A DNA stretch of 64,000 nucleotides from assembly GCA_016699995.1 (NCBI GenBank), contig CP064996.1:138357-202356 (forward strand). Direction: 5' to 3'. The DNA is from a bacterium (GTDB taxonomy: Bacteria; Patescibacteriota; Doudnabacteria; UBA920). This document shows, in pieces, positions 18,101 to 30,100 of this stretch. Position 1 is the stretch's first letter. Each line of letters begins with the position of its first letter. A program made the position numbers and the translations under genes. The notes under the pieces are model-generated. The model saw nothing but the letters and a program-made list of their open reading frames with translations, was not told where the DNA came from and did not search any database.

Positions 18101-21100
18101 TTAGTAACTGCTACGGGTGGTAATGGTGGAATTGGCGGTACAGGCGGAACTGGCGGTGCAAAGGGTTCAAGTGGTGCTAACGGCGCTGGTGGTGCATCGG
18201 GAACAGGCGGTTCGGCTAATGTAACTTCAGCATACGCCGGCGGATTAGTCGGGAGCAATGTCGGTGCAATTCAAAATTCATTCTCCACTAATGCAGTGTC
18301 CGGTACGGGCGGTAATGGCGGTAATGGCAGTAATGGAGTTTCTGGTTTAGCTAACTTGGCTGGCATCGCTGGTGGTACCGGTGGGGCAGCAGGTGTTTTA
18401 TATATTGGAGGTGTCGCAGGGAATAACACCTTAACAATCACAGGAAGTTACCACACTACTGGAGCAGTAACGGGCACTGCTGGTGCTGGCGGATCAGCCG
18501 GGGTTGGCGGAGCAGGTGGTACGGGCGGACTAGCCGGGGCAGGTGGTACCGCTACAATAGGGGCAATTATTTATGCCGGTGGAGTAGTTGGCCATAACTC
18601 GGGTATTTCTTTAATAAACAATTATTCAACCGGTACTGTTACTGGTACAGGCGGTGCTGGAGGATCTGGTGTTACAGGCGGCAACGGAGGTACTAGTCTT
18701 GCAGGTATTGCTGGCACTGCCGGAGCTGCAGGAGGTATTGCTTATGTTGGGGGTGTTGTTGGTTTTACAACTAATGGTGAAATATTAAGTTCTTATTCAA
18801 CGGGTGATATCGTAGCTATTGGCGGCGCAGGCGGCGCAGGCGGTGCCGGTGGAATCGGCGGAACAGGTGCTGCTTCTACAACGGGTGGAGCAGGCGGCAC
18901 AGGTAGCGCAGGCGGCGCAGGCGGTGCTTCCTTTGGAGGCGGTGTAATAGGTCACTATGTTCTAGGACCTATCGAGGCAGTTTACAATACTGGGAGTGTA
19001 ACCGTGACTGGCGGCGCCGGTGGCGCAGGCGGCGCAGGCGGTAATGGCGGCAACGGTGGAACAAATGCCATTGGCGGTATCGGCGGCGCAGGTGCTGCTG
19101 GCGGTGCGGGAGGCGTTGCTAGTGCCGGGGGCTTAGCCGGACAAAGTACTGGTGTTATTCAGGGTGTGTCATATTCAACAGGAAATATTACTGCAACTGG
19201 TGGAACCCCAGGGGATGGTGGTAACGGCGGCGATGGTGGTGCTACGACTGCTACATTTAACTCAACTGCAGCAGCAGCAGGCGGCAATGGCGGAGCAGGC
19301 GGTGCCGGAGCGATTGCCTATGCCGGTGGGTTAGTCGGAAATAACGCTAATATTATTTTGAATTCTTATGCTTCAGGAGTAATAACCGCAACCGCCAGTA
19401 ATGGTAAAAATGGGGCTAACCCTGGTGCCGCTGGTAGCGGCGCAGCAGGTGGTTCTAGTCATGCGGGCGCAATTGGTGCAACAGGCGGCGCTGGTGGGGC
19501 AGGTGGGGCATCATACGCCGGCGGATTGGCAGGAATAAACACATCGACTATTTCAAATTCATATATCCAAACTGGCAGTGTAACTGTAACTGGTGGCAAC
19601 GGCGGTAATGGCGCAAACGGTGGCGCAGGTGGTATTGGGGGTACAAATGCAATTGGCGGGGTTGGAGGTATTGGTGGCGCAGCTGGTATTGGTGGCGCAG
19701 CTTTTGGCGGCGGCGCAGCTGGTCATAATAATACTGGCGGTGTTATTCAAAATGGCACTTATTCTGATGTAGACATATCCTCGATAGGTGGTAATTCTGG
19801 CACCGGCGGCACTGGCGGCGCCGGGGGAATTAGGGCCATCGGAGGTGCCGGCGGCGCGAGCGGTGGGGCAGGTGCAATTGCTTACGCAGGAGGTTTGGTA
19901 GGATTGAATACTGCAGGCATCTCCGGATCTTATGCTACAGGTGACGCGACTGCAACAGGCGGCATTGGTGGGTCGGCTGGTTCTGGCGGCAACGGCGGCA
20001 GTGGTACAACGGGAGCAGCTGGGGGAGCTAACGGTGGAACAGATGTGGCTGCTAGCGTATTGCTTCGTGCAGGCGGCGCTGCTTATTCTGGTGGATTGGT
20101 TGGGTATAACATAACTAATGGTATTATTCAGGGCACCTCGTATGCAACGGGCGATGCAGCTGCTACAGGTGGCGCAGGCGGTGCTGGGGCAACAGGAGCT
20201 AATGGTGGAAATTCATCAGGCGCGGCTGCAGGCGGCGCTGGGATTGCCGGCATCAGCGGTGGCACCGGCGGCGTCGGTGCCGCAGGCGGACTAATCGGTT
20301 GGAATATCGGCGTCGTGAGTGCAGATTCTTATGCGCAGGGTAATGTTTCTGCTACAGGTGGAGCTGGCGGAGCAGCAGGCGGATCTGGCAATCAGGGTTC
20401 TAGTGGTGCTGGTAATGCTGGCAGCGTAGGAGTTGCAGGTGGCGCCGGAGGTGTTGGCGGTGCTGCGTATTCAGGCGGCGTAGTCGCGTACAATGGAGTA
20501 TTGGGTTCTACTATTAGTACTTCTAATAATATTGGTACGGTAACCTCTATTGGCGGAGCAGGGGCAAATGGAGCAAGTGGCGGAACTGGCGGTACCGGCG
20601 GCAGTTCTGCCGGGGCGATTGGCGGCGCAGGCGGCAACGGTGGCGCAGGCGGCGCAGGCGGAGCTGCGTATGGAGGAGGGGTTGCTGGGTTAAATATTGG
20701 TTTAGTCACGGATATTGCTTACACCATTACTACTATAACTGTCACCGGCGGCGCGGCAGGCAATGGCGGCGCAGGCGGCCATGGTGGGGCAAGTGGAAAT
20801 ATTTCTGGTGGTACATCTGCAACTGCTGGCGCCGGTGGCGCCGGTGGCGCAGGCGGAGCTGCATATATTGGTGGTTTGGTTGGAGACAACTCCGGAGTAA
20901 TTCACAATTCAACAGTTATCGGCAGTTTAACAGGGATTAATAAAAGTGGAGGTGATGGCGGAACTGGTGGAACTGGTGGAAGCGGCGCGGCAGGCACGGG
21001 TGGACATAATGGCGGCATCGGCGGAGTAGGTGGCGCAGGTGGTGCGAGTGGGGCCTTGTTTATGGGGGGGATTGCCGGTCAAGGAAATGGTAATATATCA

Positions 21101-24100
21101 GATTCCAGCAGTACCGGTGGTACTATCACTGTGGCGTTGTCTGTTGGTGGAGGAACTGGAGGCAACGGCGGATCAGGCGGTGCTTCTGGTACAGGCGGTA
21201 GAAACGGGACCGGCGGCGCTGGCGGAGCAGGTGGAGCAACCGGTGCAATTTTTGTTGGTGGGGCAATTGGGCATAATTCTTTAGCTAATGTTTCTTTTGA
21301 TAATATATTTTCTACAAATCATGTTTTAGTTAATGCTGATTCCGGCGGTACTGGCGGAGCCGGTGCTAACGGGTCTAATGGTGCGCTTGGCGGAGTAGGT
21401 GGCGCAGGTGGTTCTGGTGGTATAACCCAGCCAACTTCGCTTAGTGCTGGCGGGTTAATTGGGGATATTGTCGGTGCGGGTTCATCTGTGCTGAATTCTT
21501 ATGCAACAGGGAATGTCACTATAACCGGTGATACCGGCGGTGTCGGCGGAGACGGAGGTTCGGGAGGAGCTGGTGTCGGCGGTATGACCGGAGGAGCTGG
21601 GGCTGTGGGAGGAGCTGGTGGTGCAGGCGGCTATGCTTATGGCGGCGGTTTGATTGGTTTTACTACGACAAACATATTTGTGGGCAATTCGTATGCGACT
21701 GGCAGTCTTACTGTTGTCGCGGGCAGCGGCGGCGCGGCTGGCAATGGCGGCGCAGGTGGCGCAGGCGGTTCGTCGTCTGTTGGCGGCGCAGGAGCAATTG
21801 GTGGCGCAGGCGGTGTCGGTGGGATTTCTTTTACGGGTGGACTAATCGGTGCTGCTGTCACTGGTGTAGTAACTAATTCCTATTCTACTGGGACTGTGTT
21901 AGGTACCTCCGGGAATGGTGGAAGTTCTGGCAACGGCGGCAACGGCGGAGCTGGAGGCAGCGGCGCGATCGGTGGTATTGGTGCTGTGGGAACAGTAGGT
22001 GCTGCTGGTGGCGCAAACTTTACAGGCGGTCTAATTGGTGATCATGCTCTTACTATTGAAACTTCAAATCATGTTACTGGAGCGGTGACTGGTATTTCTG
22101 GCAACGGCGGTAACGGCGGGGCAGGCGGGAGCGGGGGAGCTTCGGGTGCCATTACTAATGGAACAGCGGCAGCTGGCGGGGCAGGTGGCGCTGGCGGTGT
22201 TGGTGGAGCACTCAATGTAGGTGGTCTTGTAGGCAGAAGCAGTGCTGCAACAGGGATTATTAATAATTCATACGCAACTTCTGACGTTAACGCTACAAGC
22301 GGTAACGGCGGTAACGGCGGATCCGGTGGCGCTGGCGGTGATGGTTCGGCAGGAACTAACCATGCAGGCGGAGCCGGCGGTGTCGGTGGGGCAGGCGGCG
22401 CAGCAGCTGTAACGTTAGCTGCTTCATTGCAGATCGGTGGCCTGGTTGGTCAAAATGCCTTAGGTACAATTACTAATTCTTATACTCAAACCGGCACCGT
22501 TACTGCTAGTGGAGGATCAGGCGGAGCCAGTGCTCAGGGCGGTCTAGGCGGGACCGGAACAGGAACTGCATTATATGGTATCAGTGGAGCCGGCGGCGCA
22601 GGCGGCGCAGGCGGCGCAGTTTATGCTGGCGGATTAGTAGGTTACTCTTCTGGAGTAATTCAAGAAGGTTCTTATTCTAAAACAAGTATAGAGATCACCG
22701 GCGGAACCGGTTCGAATGGTTCGGCTGGCAGAAGCGGGGCATTAAATAGCGGTGTGGCTGGAAGTGCCGGCGGAGCCGGCGGAGCCTCAGGTTTGGCTTA
22801 TATCGGAGGTTTAGCCGGATACTCAACATCGGACATTATTTTATCGTACGCGAGTTTTCATGCTGGGTCAGGCAAAGGAAATATAATTTTCCATGGCGGT
22901 ATAGCCGGTAGTGGCGGCAACGGCGGGGATGGCGGCTCTGGCTTAACTGCTGGTAGTGTTGGAGGCGCAGGCGGCGCAGGGGGAGCCGGTGGCGTGGAGT
23001 CGGGAACGTTCGTAGGAGGTCTAGTCGGGTACAGTTCTGCTACAGGAGTAATAACTTCGTCCTATTCTGAAATTTTAACTATATCAGGTAATGAACAATC
23101 TGATGGCAACGGCGGCAGCGGCGGCAACGGTGGCGCAGGCGTTGGTTCCTTTATTGGTGGTGTAGGCGGAGCAGGCGGTGCCGGCGGCGCAGGCGGTGTT
23201 CGTGGGTTCGGTGGTTTAGTAGGTGATAACTTGGGTACCATTCAGTCCGATTCATATTCATCAGTGTCTATAAATATTAATGGACGAAACGGCGGCAACG
23301 GCGGCAGCGGCGGCAACGGCGGCGCTTCCGGTTCTTCGATTTCGACTGGAACTGCTGCTGCAGGTGGTGTTGGTGGCGTCGGGGGTGCAGGTGGTGCTAC
23401 GTATGGGGGCGGATTAGTAGGTCGCATGACGGGTACTACTCAACTTTTGCAAATTTTAAATTCATACGCTACAGGTTCTGTGACGGTGGTTGGCGGCAAC
23501 GGCGGCAACGGCGGCAACGGCGGAGCAGGTGGCGATGGTTCGGCTGGTACTTCGAGTCATATCGGCTCGGTCGGTGCTCTTGGCGGGGTTGCTGGTGTTG
23601 GTGGAGAGGCGGACGCCGGTGGGTTAGTTGGGATTAGCAACTTTACCAGCGGGACCAGTAACTTTTTATATACATATGCAACTGGAAATGTGTCTGCTAC
23701 AGGCGGTAATGCGGGGACCGCGGGCGTATCTGGCAATGGCGGAGCATCCAGAGCAACTATTACAGGCGGCGCAGGTGGTGGTGCGGTAGCGGCAGCAGCC
23801 GGGGGTGCTAGCTATGCTGGCGGTTTGATTGGTAATAATAGAATTACTACTGGTTTAAGTGACGCTATTGCGTCGTATGCAACAGGGAATGTCTCTGCTA
23901 CTGGCGGCAATGGGAGCAATGGTAGCGTTGGAGGCAATGGTGCAAATGGTGCGGCTGGTGGTGTTGGCGGTGCAGGCGGCGCTGGTGGTGCCGGGGGTGC
24001 CGGAGGCGAGTCTAATGCAGGTGGATTGTTAGGATACGGAAGTGTAACAACCGGTGGTAGTAAGTACTTCAACTCATATTCTACTGGGAACGTGGTTTCA

Positions 24101-27100
24101 TCTACAGGCGGCAATGGCGGCAATGGCGGTAGTGCAGGCACTGCTGGCAACGGCGGTTCTGGTGCGGCCGGTGGTGCGACAGGCGCAGGCGGCGCAGGCG
24201 GCGCAGGCGGCGCCAGTTATGCAGGCGGCCTCACGGGTCAGTTAGTGGGAGCTGTTTTGATCACTACCAGCTATTCTACTAGAGATGTACTTGCTACAGG
24301 CGGAACAAGCGGTAATGGAGCAGCTGGCGTGAACGGCAGTAGTGGAGGCTCTGGCGCAATTGGCGGTGCAGGCGGCGCTGGTGGTGCGACAGGCGCAGGG
24401 GGCGCTAGCTATGCTGGTGGTTTGATTGGTAGCAGTGCCGGTATTATTGGTGGAATTTCTTATGCTACAGGAAACGTGACTTCTAATGGAGGCCAGACTG
24501 GAACTCCAGGCGCAGGCGGCGCAGGCGGCGCTAGTGGGAATATTTCTGGATCAACAGCAGCAACTGGCGGCGCAGGGGGCGCAGGCGGCGCTGGTGGTGC
24601 TAGTTATGCGGGCGGTTTGGTAGCAAACAATGCTGCGACAGGTATAATTTCTTATTCATACGCTACAGGTTCTGTGACTTCTTTAGGAAGAAATGGTGCT
24701 AATGGAGCTAATGCCGGTAGCGGGGGAGATGGATCTCTAGGCACGGGCAATCATGCCGGTGGCGCAGGCGGAACTGGCGGCGCAGGCGGCGCAGGCGGCG
24801 CTAGTTATTCGGGCGGGCTAATTGGTAATAACATCAATACCACGAATACAACCACTGCTAGCTATTCGACCGGTAACGTAGTAGGAACGAGTGGAACCGG
24901 CGGTAGTGGAGGTGTTGGTGGCAACGGCGGACTTCCAGGAAACGTTGGAGTCGGCGGTGTTGGCGGCATAGGCGGTGTTGCCGGAGCAGGCGGTGTTTTA
25001 TACACTGGCGGTTTTGTAGGTTACAACAATGGAACAATTCAACAATTTTCATATTCAACAGGTAGCGTTTTGGGTACTGGCGGTGCCGGCGGAGCTGGAG
25101 GAACCGGCGGAATCGGAGCAAATGGCTTGAATGGAACAACAGCTAATGGCGGTAATGGTGGAGCAGGCGGCGCCGGCGGCGCCGGCGGCGCAGGTGCTGT
25201 GGTTTATGGCGGCGGTTTTACTGGATGGAACAATACTGCACGTACAATCAGGGACTCTTCTTCTAGTGGAAATGTCACATTAACCGGAGGAACCGGAGGT
25301 AATGGAGGAGCCGGAGGTAATGGAGGAACCGGAGGTAATGGTGTAGACGGCGGGACTGGTGGAACTGGCGGCGCAGCTGGGGCCAGAACTGCTGGTATAG
25401 TCGGTGGAATAGTATATGGCGGCGGTTTTGCTGGTTATAATGTCGGTACTTTGTTCGCAAATTATTCCGAAGGGGATGTGGTAGTTACCGGCGCTGCTGG
25501 TGGCGCAGGTGGTTCGGGCGGAACAGCAGGTAATGGCGGCGACGGCGGCGCGACAGGTGCCGGAGGGATAGGCGGTGCTCAAGGTGCTACCGCAGCAGGC
25601 GGCGCAGGCGGCGTTTTATATGCAGGCGGTTTTGCCGGATACAATTTTACGGCAGGTCTAATTCAGTATTCTTGGTCATCAGGTGACGTTACTACTACCG
25701 GAGGTAATGGCGGCGCAGCGGGTATTGCAGGAACTTCTGGTAATGGCGGCAACGGCGGCACGCTTGCAGGCGGCGCAGGCGGCGCAGCTGTTGCAGGCGG
25801 CGCAGGCGGCGCAGGTGGAGCCAGTTTTGCCGGGGGATTCATCGGTGCCTCTTTAACAACCGGCAGTTTTGATACAAGTTATTCTTACGGTAACGTGACT
25901 ATGACAGGTGGTAACGGTTCGATGGGTGGAACTGGCGGGGCAGGCGGCAATGGCGGTATCGGGGGATCGGGCGGTTCTGGCAATGGCGGTAACGGTACTG
26001 TGGGAGGTGTCGGTGGTGTTGGTGGTGTCGGTGGAGCAGTAACGGGTGGAGGTTTGGTCGGTCAAAACACTGGAGCGATTACTAACGCTTACTCTCTTGG
26101 AAATGTAACTGCGACCGCCGGAACTCCTGGGAATGGTGGCACTGGCGGTACTGGCGGCAATGGTGGCGCTGCTGGAGGCGGTTCCGTGGGTACCAATGGC
26201 AATGGCGGTGCAGGTGGAGCGGGTGGCGCAGGTGCTAACGCTCATGTTGGTGGTTTGCTTGGAAGCCATGCTACATCTGTAATAACAAATGTTTATTCGT
26301 CAGGTTTTCCTTCTGGGATTAAGTCAAATGGAGCAACTGGCGGTGCAGGTGGAATCGCTGGTACTGGCGGCAGTGGGGGCAGTAATGGCGCCACAGGTGC
26401 TACTGGTTCTTCTGCTTCGACTCAGTATTTAGGCGGTATGACAGGTTTGGCTTCTAGTGGTACTTATGTGTCTACCTATTGGGACACAGATACTTCTGGT
26501 TTTGGTGCAGGAAGTGGTGCAGGAAGTGGTGCAGATCCATTAGGAATGACTGGCAAGACTACTGCCGAGATGGAGCAAGAAGCAACTTTTGTTGGGTGGG
26601 ATTTTACGTCTCTTGTGTGGGATATTGAAGAGAATAATACTTACCCTCATTTTAGTTATCAGACCGTTCCAGGCAGTCCTATTAATGTTGTGGCTGTAGC
26701 CGGTAACGGGGAAGCAACTATTACCTTTAGTCCTCCAGCTGATAATGGAAGCTCCACTATCACTTCTTACACCGTGACATCTAACCTTGGTCACACCGCT
26801 ACTGGCGGTTCTTCGCCTATAACCGTAACCGGGCTTACTAACGGCGTGACTTATACTTTCACAGTCACGGCTACAAATTCTAGCGGCACTAGTATTTCTT
26901 CTGCAACCAGCAACGCCGTGACTCCAGCCACAGTGCCAGACGCTCCAACTGGAGTGAGCGCCGTGCATGGAAACGGCCAGGCTACAATTAGCTTTACTCC
27001 TCCAGTTGATAACGGCGGCAGCGCAATTACCGGTTACACCGTGACATCTAACCTGGGTCATACAGCTACTGGCGGCTCTTCGCCTATAACCGTAACCGGC

Positions 27101-30100
27101 CTCACTAACGGCGTCACCTATACTTTTACCGTAACGGCTACTAATGCGGTCGGGCCAGGAGCTGCATCGGGGACCAGCAACGCCGTTACTCCGGCGACTG
27201 TGCCGGGTGCCCCAACTGGAGTTAGCGCTGTTCACGGGAACGGAGAGGCTACAGTAACATTTACTCCGCCCGCATCAAATGGCGGCTCCACTATCACTTC
27301 TTACACCGTGACATCTAACCTGGGCCATACAGCTACTGGCGGTTCTTCGCCTATAACCGTAACCGGGCTTACTAACGGCGTGACTTATACTTTCACAGTC
27401 ACGTCTACAAATGCAGAGGGTACAGGCGTAGCTTCTGGCACCAGTAATTCGATTGTGCCATCTACGGTTCCAGATGCCCCAACAGATGTAAGTGCAGTAG
27501 CGGGCAATGGTCAGGCTACAATTAGCTTTACTCCTCCAGTTGATAACGGCGGCAGCGCAATTACCGGTTACACCGTGACATCTAACCTGGGCCATACAGC
27601 TACTGGCGGTTCTTCGCCTATAACCGTAACCGGCCTCACTAACGGCGTGACTTATACTTTCACAGTTACAGCCACGAACATCAATGGTACCGGATCGGCG
27701 TCTGGTGCATCCAATTCGGTTACTCCGTCTACTATTCCAGATGCCCCGACAATCGGTACTGCTACTAGAGGCGATGGGGAAGTGGTGATTACCTTTACTC
27801 CGAATGGCAATGGCGGTTCGGCTATCACAAGCTACACCGTAACATCTAACCTTGGGCACACGGCCACTGGCGGTTCGTCTCCGATCACAATTACCGGCTT
27901 AACCAATGGTGTAACTTATACTTTTACCGTAACAGCTACCAACGCTAATGGTACCAGTATAGCTTCTGCAGCTAGCAATGCCGTGACATTTGCTTCGGCT
28001 CCCGATGCTCCTACTAGCGTGACTGCTGTAATGGGTAACGGTGAAGCAACTATTAGCTTCACTCCTGGAGCCAATAACGGTGCCGTGATTACTTCCTATA
28101 CAGTAACTTCCAGCGGCGGACAGACGGCAACGGGCGGGGCATCACCAATTACAGTTACTGGATTAACAAATGGCACATCCTACACATTCACTGTAACTGC
28201 CACCAATGCAGTAGGGACTAGCGCTGCCTCTAATGCCAGTAATTCTGTTACCCCTTTGTCTGTACCAGGCGCTCCGACCGGAGTTTCTGCGGTTCGCGGA
28301 AATGGCGAGGCGACAATAACCTTTAGCGCTCCTGCGGATAACGGCGGCTCTGCAATTACTAACTACACCGTAACATCTAACCTTGGCCACACCGCTACTG
28401 GCGGGTCATCTCCTATTACTATCACAGGTTTAACCAATGGCGTTACCTACACATTTACCGTAACAGCTACTAACTCTTATGGAACAAGCGTGGCATCTGG
28501 CACAAGTAATTCCGTCACTCCAGCTACAGTTCCAGGCGCTCCGACCGGAGTTTCTGCGGTCATGGGCAATGGCGAGGCGACAATAACATTTAATGCCCCA
28601 GGCAGCAACGGAGGCAGTCCTATAACTTCGTATACCGTCACTTCTAACCTGGGTCACACGGCCACAGGCGGTTCTTCTCCAATTATCATTACAGGACTCA
28701 CTAATGGTACCGCCTATACTTTCACTGTGACCGCAACCAATGCAATCGGTACAGGATCGGCTTCTTCTGCGTCTAATTCGGTCACTCCCGCCACAGTTCC
28801 AGGCGCTCCGACCGGAGTTTCTGCTATAGCGGGAAACGGCGAAGCGACAATAACCTTTAGCGCTCCTGCGGATAATGGTGGCGCTGCAATAACTTCGTAC
28901 ACTGTCACTTCCAACCTTGGGCACACGGCCACTGGCGGTTCGTCTCCTATCACAATTACCGGCTTAACCAATGGCGTAACTTATACTTTTACCGTAACAG
29001 CTACTAACGCAGCGGGAACCGGCGCTGCATCTAGTACTACAAATTCCGTAGTTCCTACCAGCGTTCCGGGGGCACCCACTTCTGTTTCTGCGACTGGCGG
29101 CAATGGTCAGGCCACCATCAGCTTTACAGCACCGGTGAGCAATGGCGGTTCGCCGATAACTTCTTATACAGTAACATCTAACCTTGGGCACACGGCCACT
29201 GGCGGCAGTTCGCCAATCACTATTACCGGGCTTACTAACGGAACTACATACACCTTTACTGTGACTGCTACAAACGCCGCGGGCACAGGCAGTGCTTCTG
29301 GAACTAGCAATTCAGTGGTTCCAGCAACAGTTCCAGGAGCCCCTACTAGCGTTGTGGCTGTAGCAGGCGATGGAGAAGCAACTATCACTTTCACAGCACC
29401 GGCTTCGAATGGCGGTTCTGCTATCACAAGTTATACAGTAACCTCCAACTTGGGCCATACCGCCACTGGGGGTAATTCTCCAATAACTTTGACTGGCTTA
29501 ACTAATGGTGTATCTTACACCTTTACAGTCACGGCTACTAACGCAATAGGGACCGGTTCTGCTTCTACTGCTAGCAATTCCGTTACTCCTGCGACCGTGC
29601 CTGATGCTCCAACTAACTTAGCCGCTACTACGGGCGATACCCAGGTTAGTCTGACTTGGTCAGCCCCAGCATTCAATGGTGGATCCGCAATCACCAGTTA
29701 CACTGTGACTTCTAACATTGGTGGACATTCTGCGACAGTTGCGGGCACCTCGGCCACTATGACCGGCTTAACCAACGGCGTAACTTATACATTCACCGTA
29801 ACTGCCACCAACGCAATCGGCACGAGCACAGCTTCCGGAACAAGCAATTCTGTTACCCCGGCGACCGTTCCGGGTGGGCCTACAAACCTTGCGGCAGTTA
29901 TCGGCGACAGTAGTGTAGACTTGTCGTGGTCTGCCCCGGCAAGCAATGGCGGCTCGGCAATTACAGATTACGTAATCGAATACCAGTTGACTACCGGCGG
30001 CTCTTGGTCCGTATTTGCTGACGGCGTAAGTACCAGCACCTCGACCACAGTTACAGGGCTTTCCAACGACAATTCCTACGATTTTCGAGTTAGCGCCAAG

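Noticed and set aside
17086-24150. Numerous minus-strand ORFs with Pro/Ala/Thr-rich translations (e.g. 17086..17379, 17983..18258, 20392..20709, 21637..21861, 23242..23427, 23812..24150)
   Set aside because: They are the antisense of the GGN-codon repeat region of the giant gene, where the reverse complement of GGN is NCC. They have no independent start or SD signals and sit entirely inside a strongly supported 16-kb CDS.
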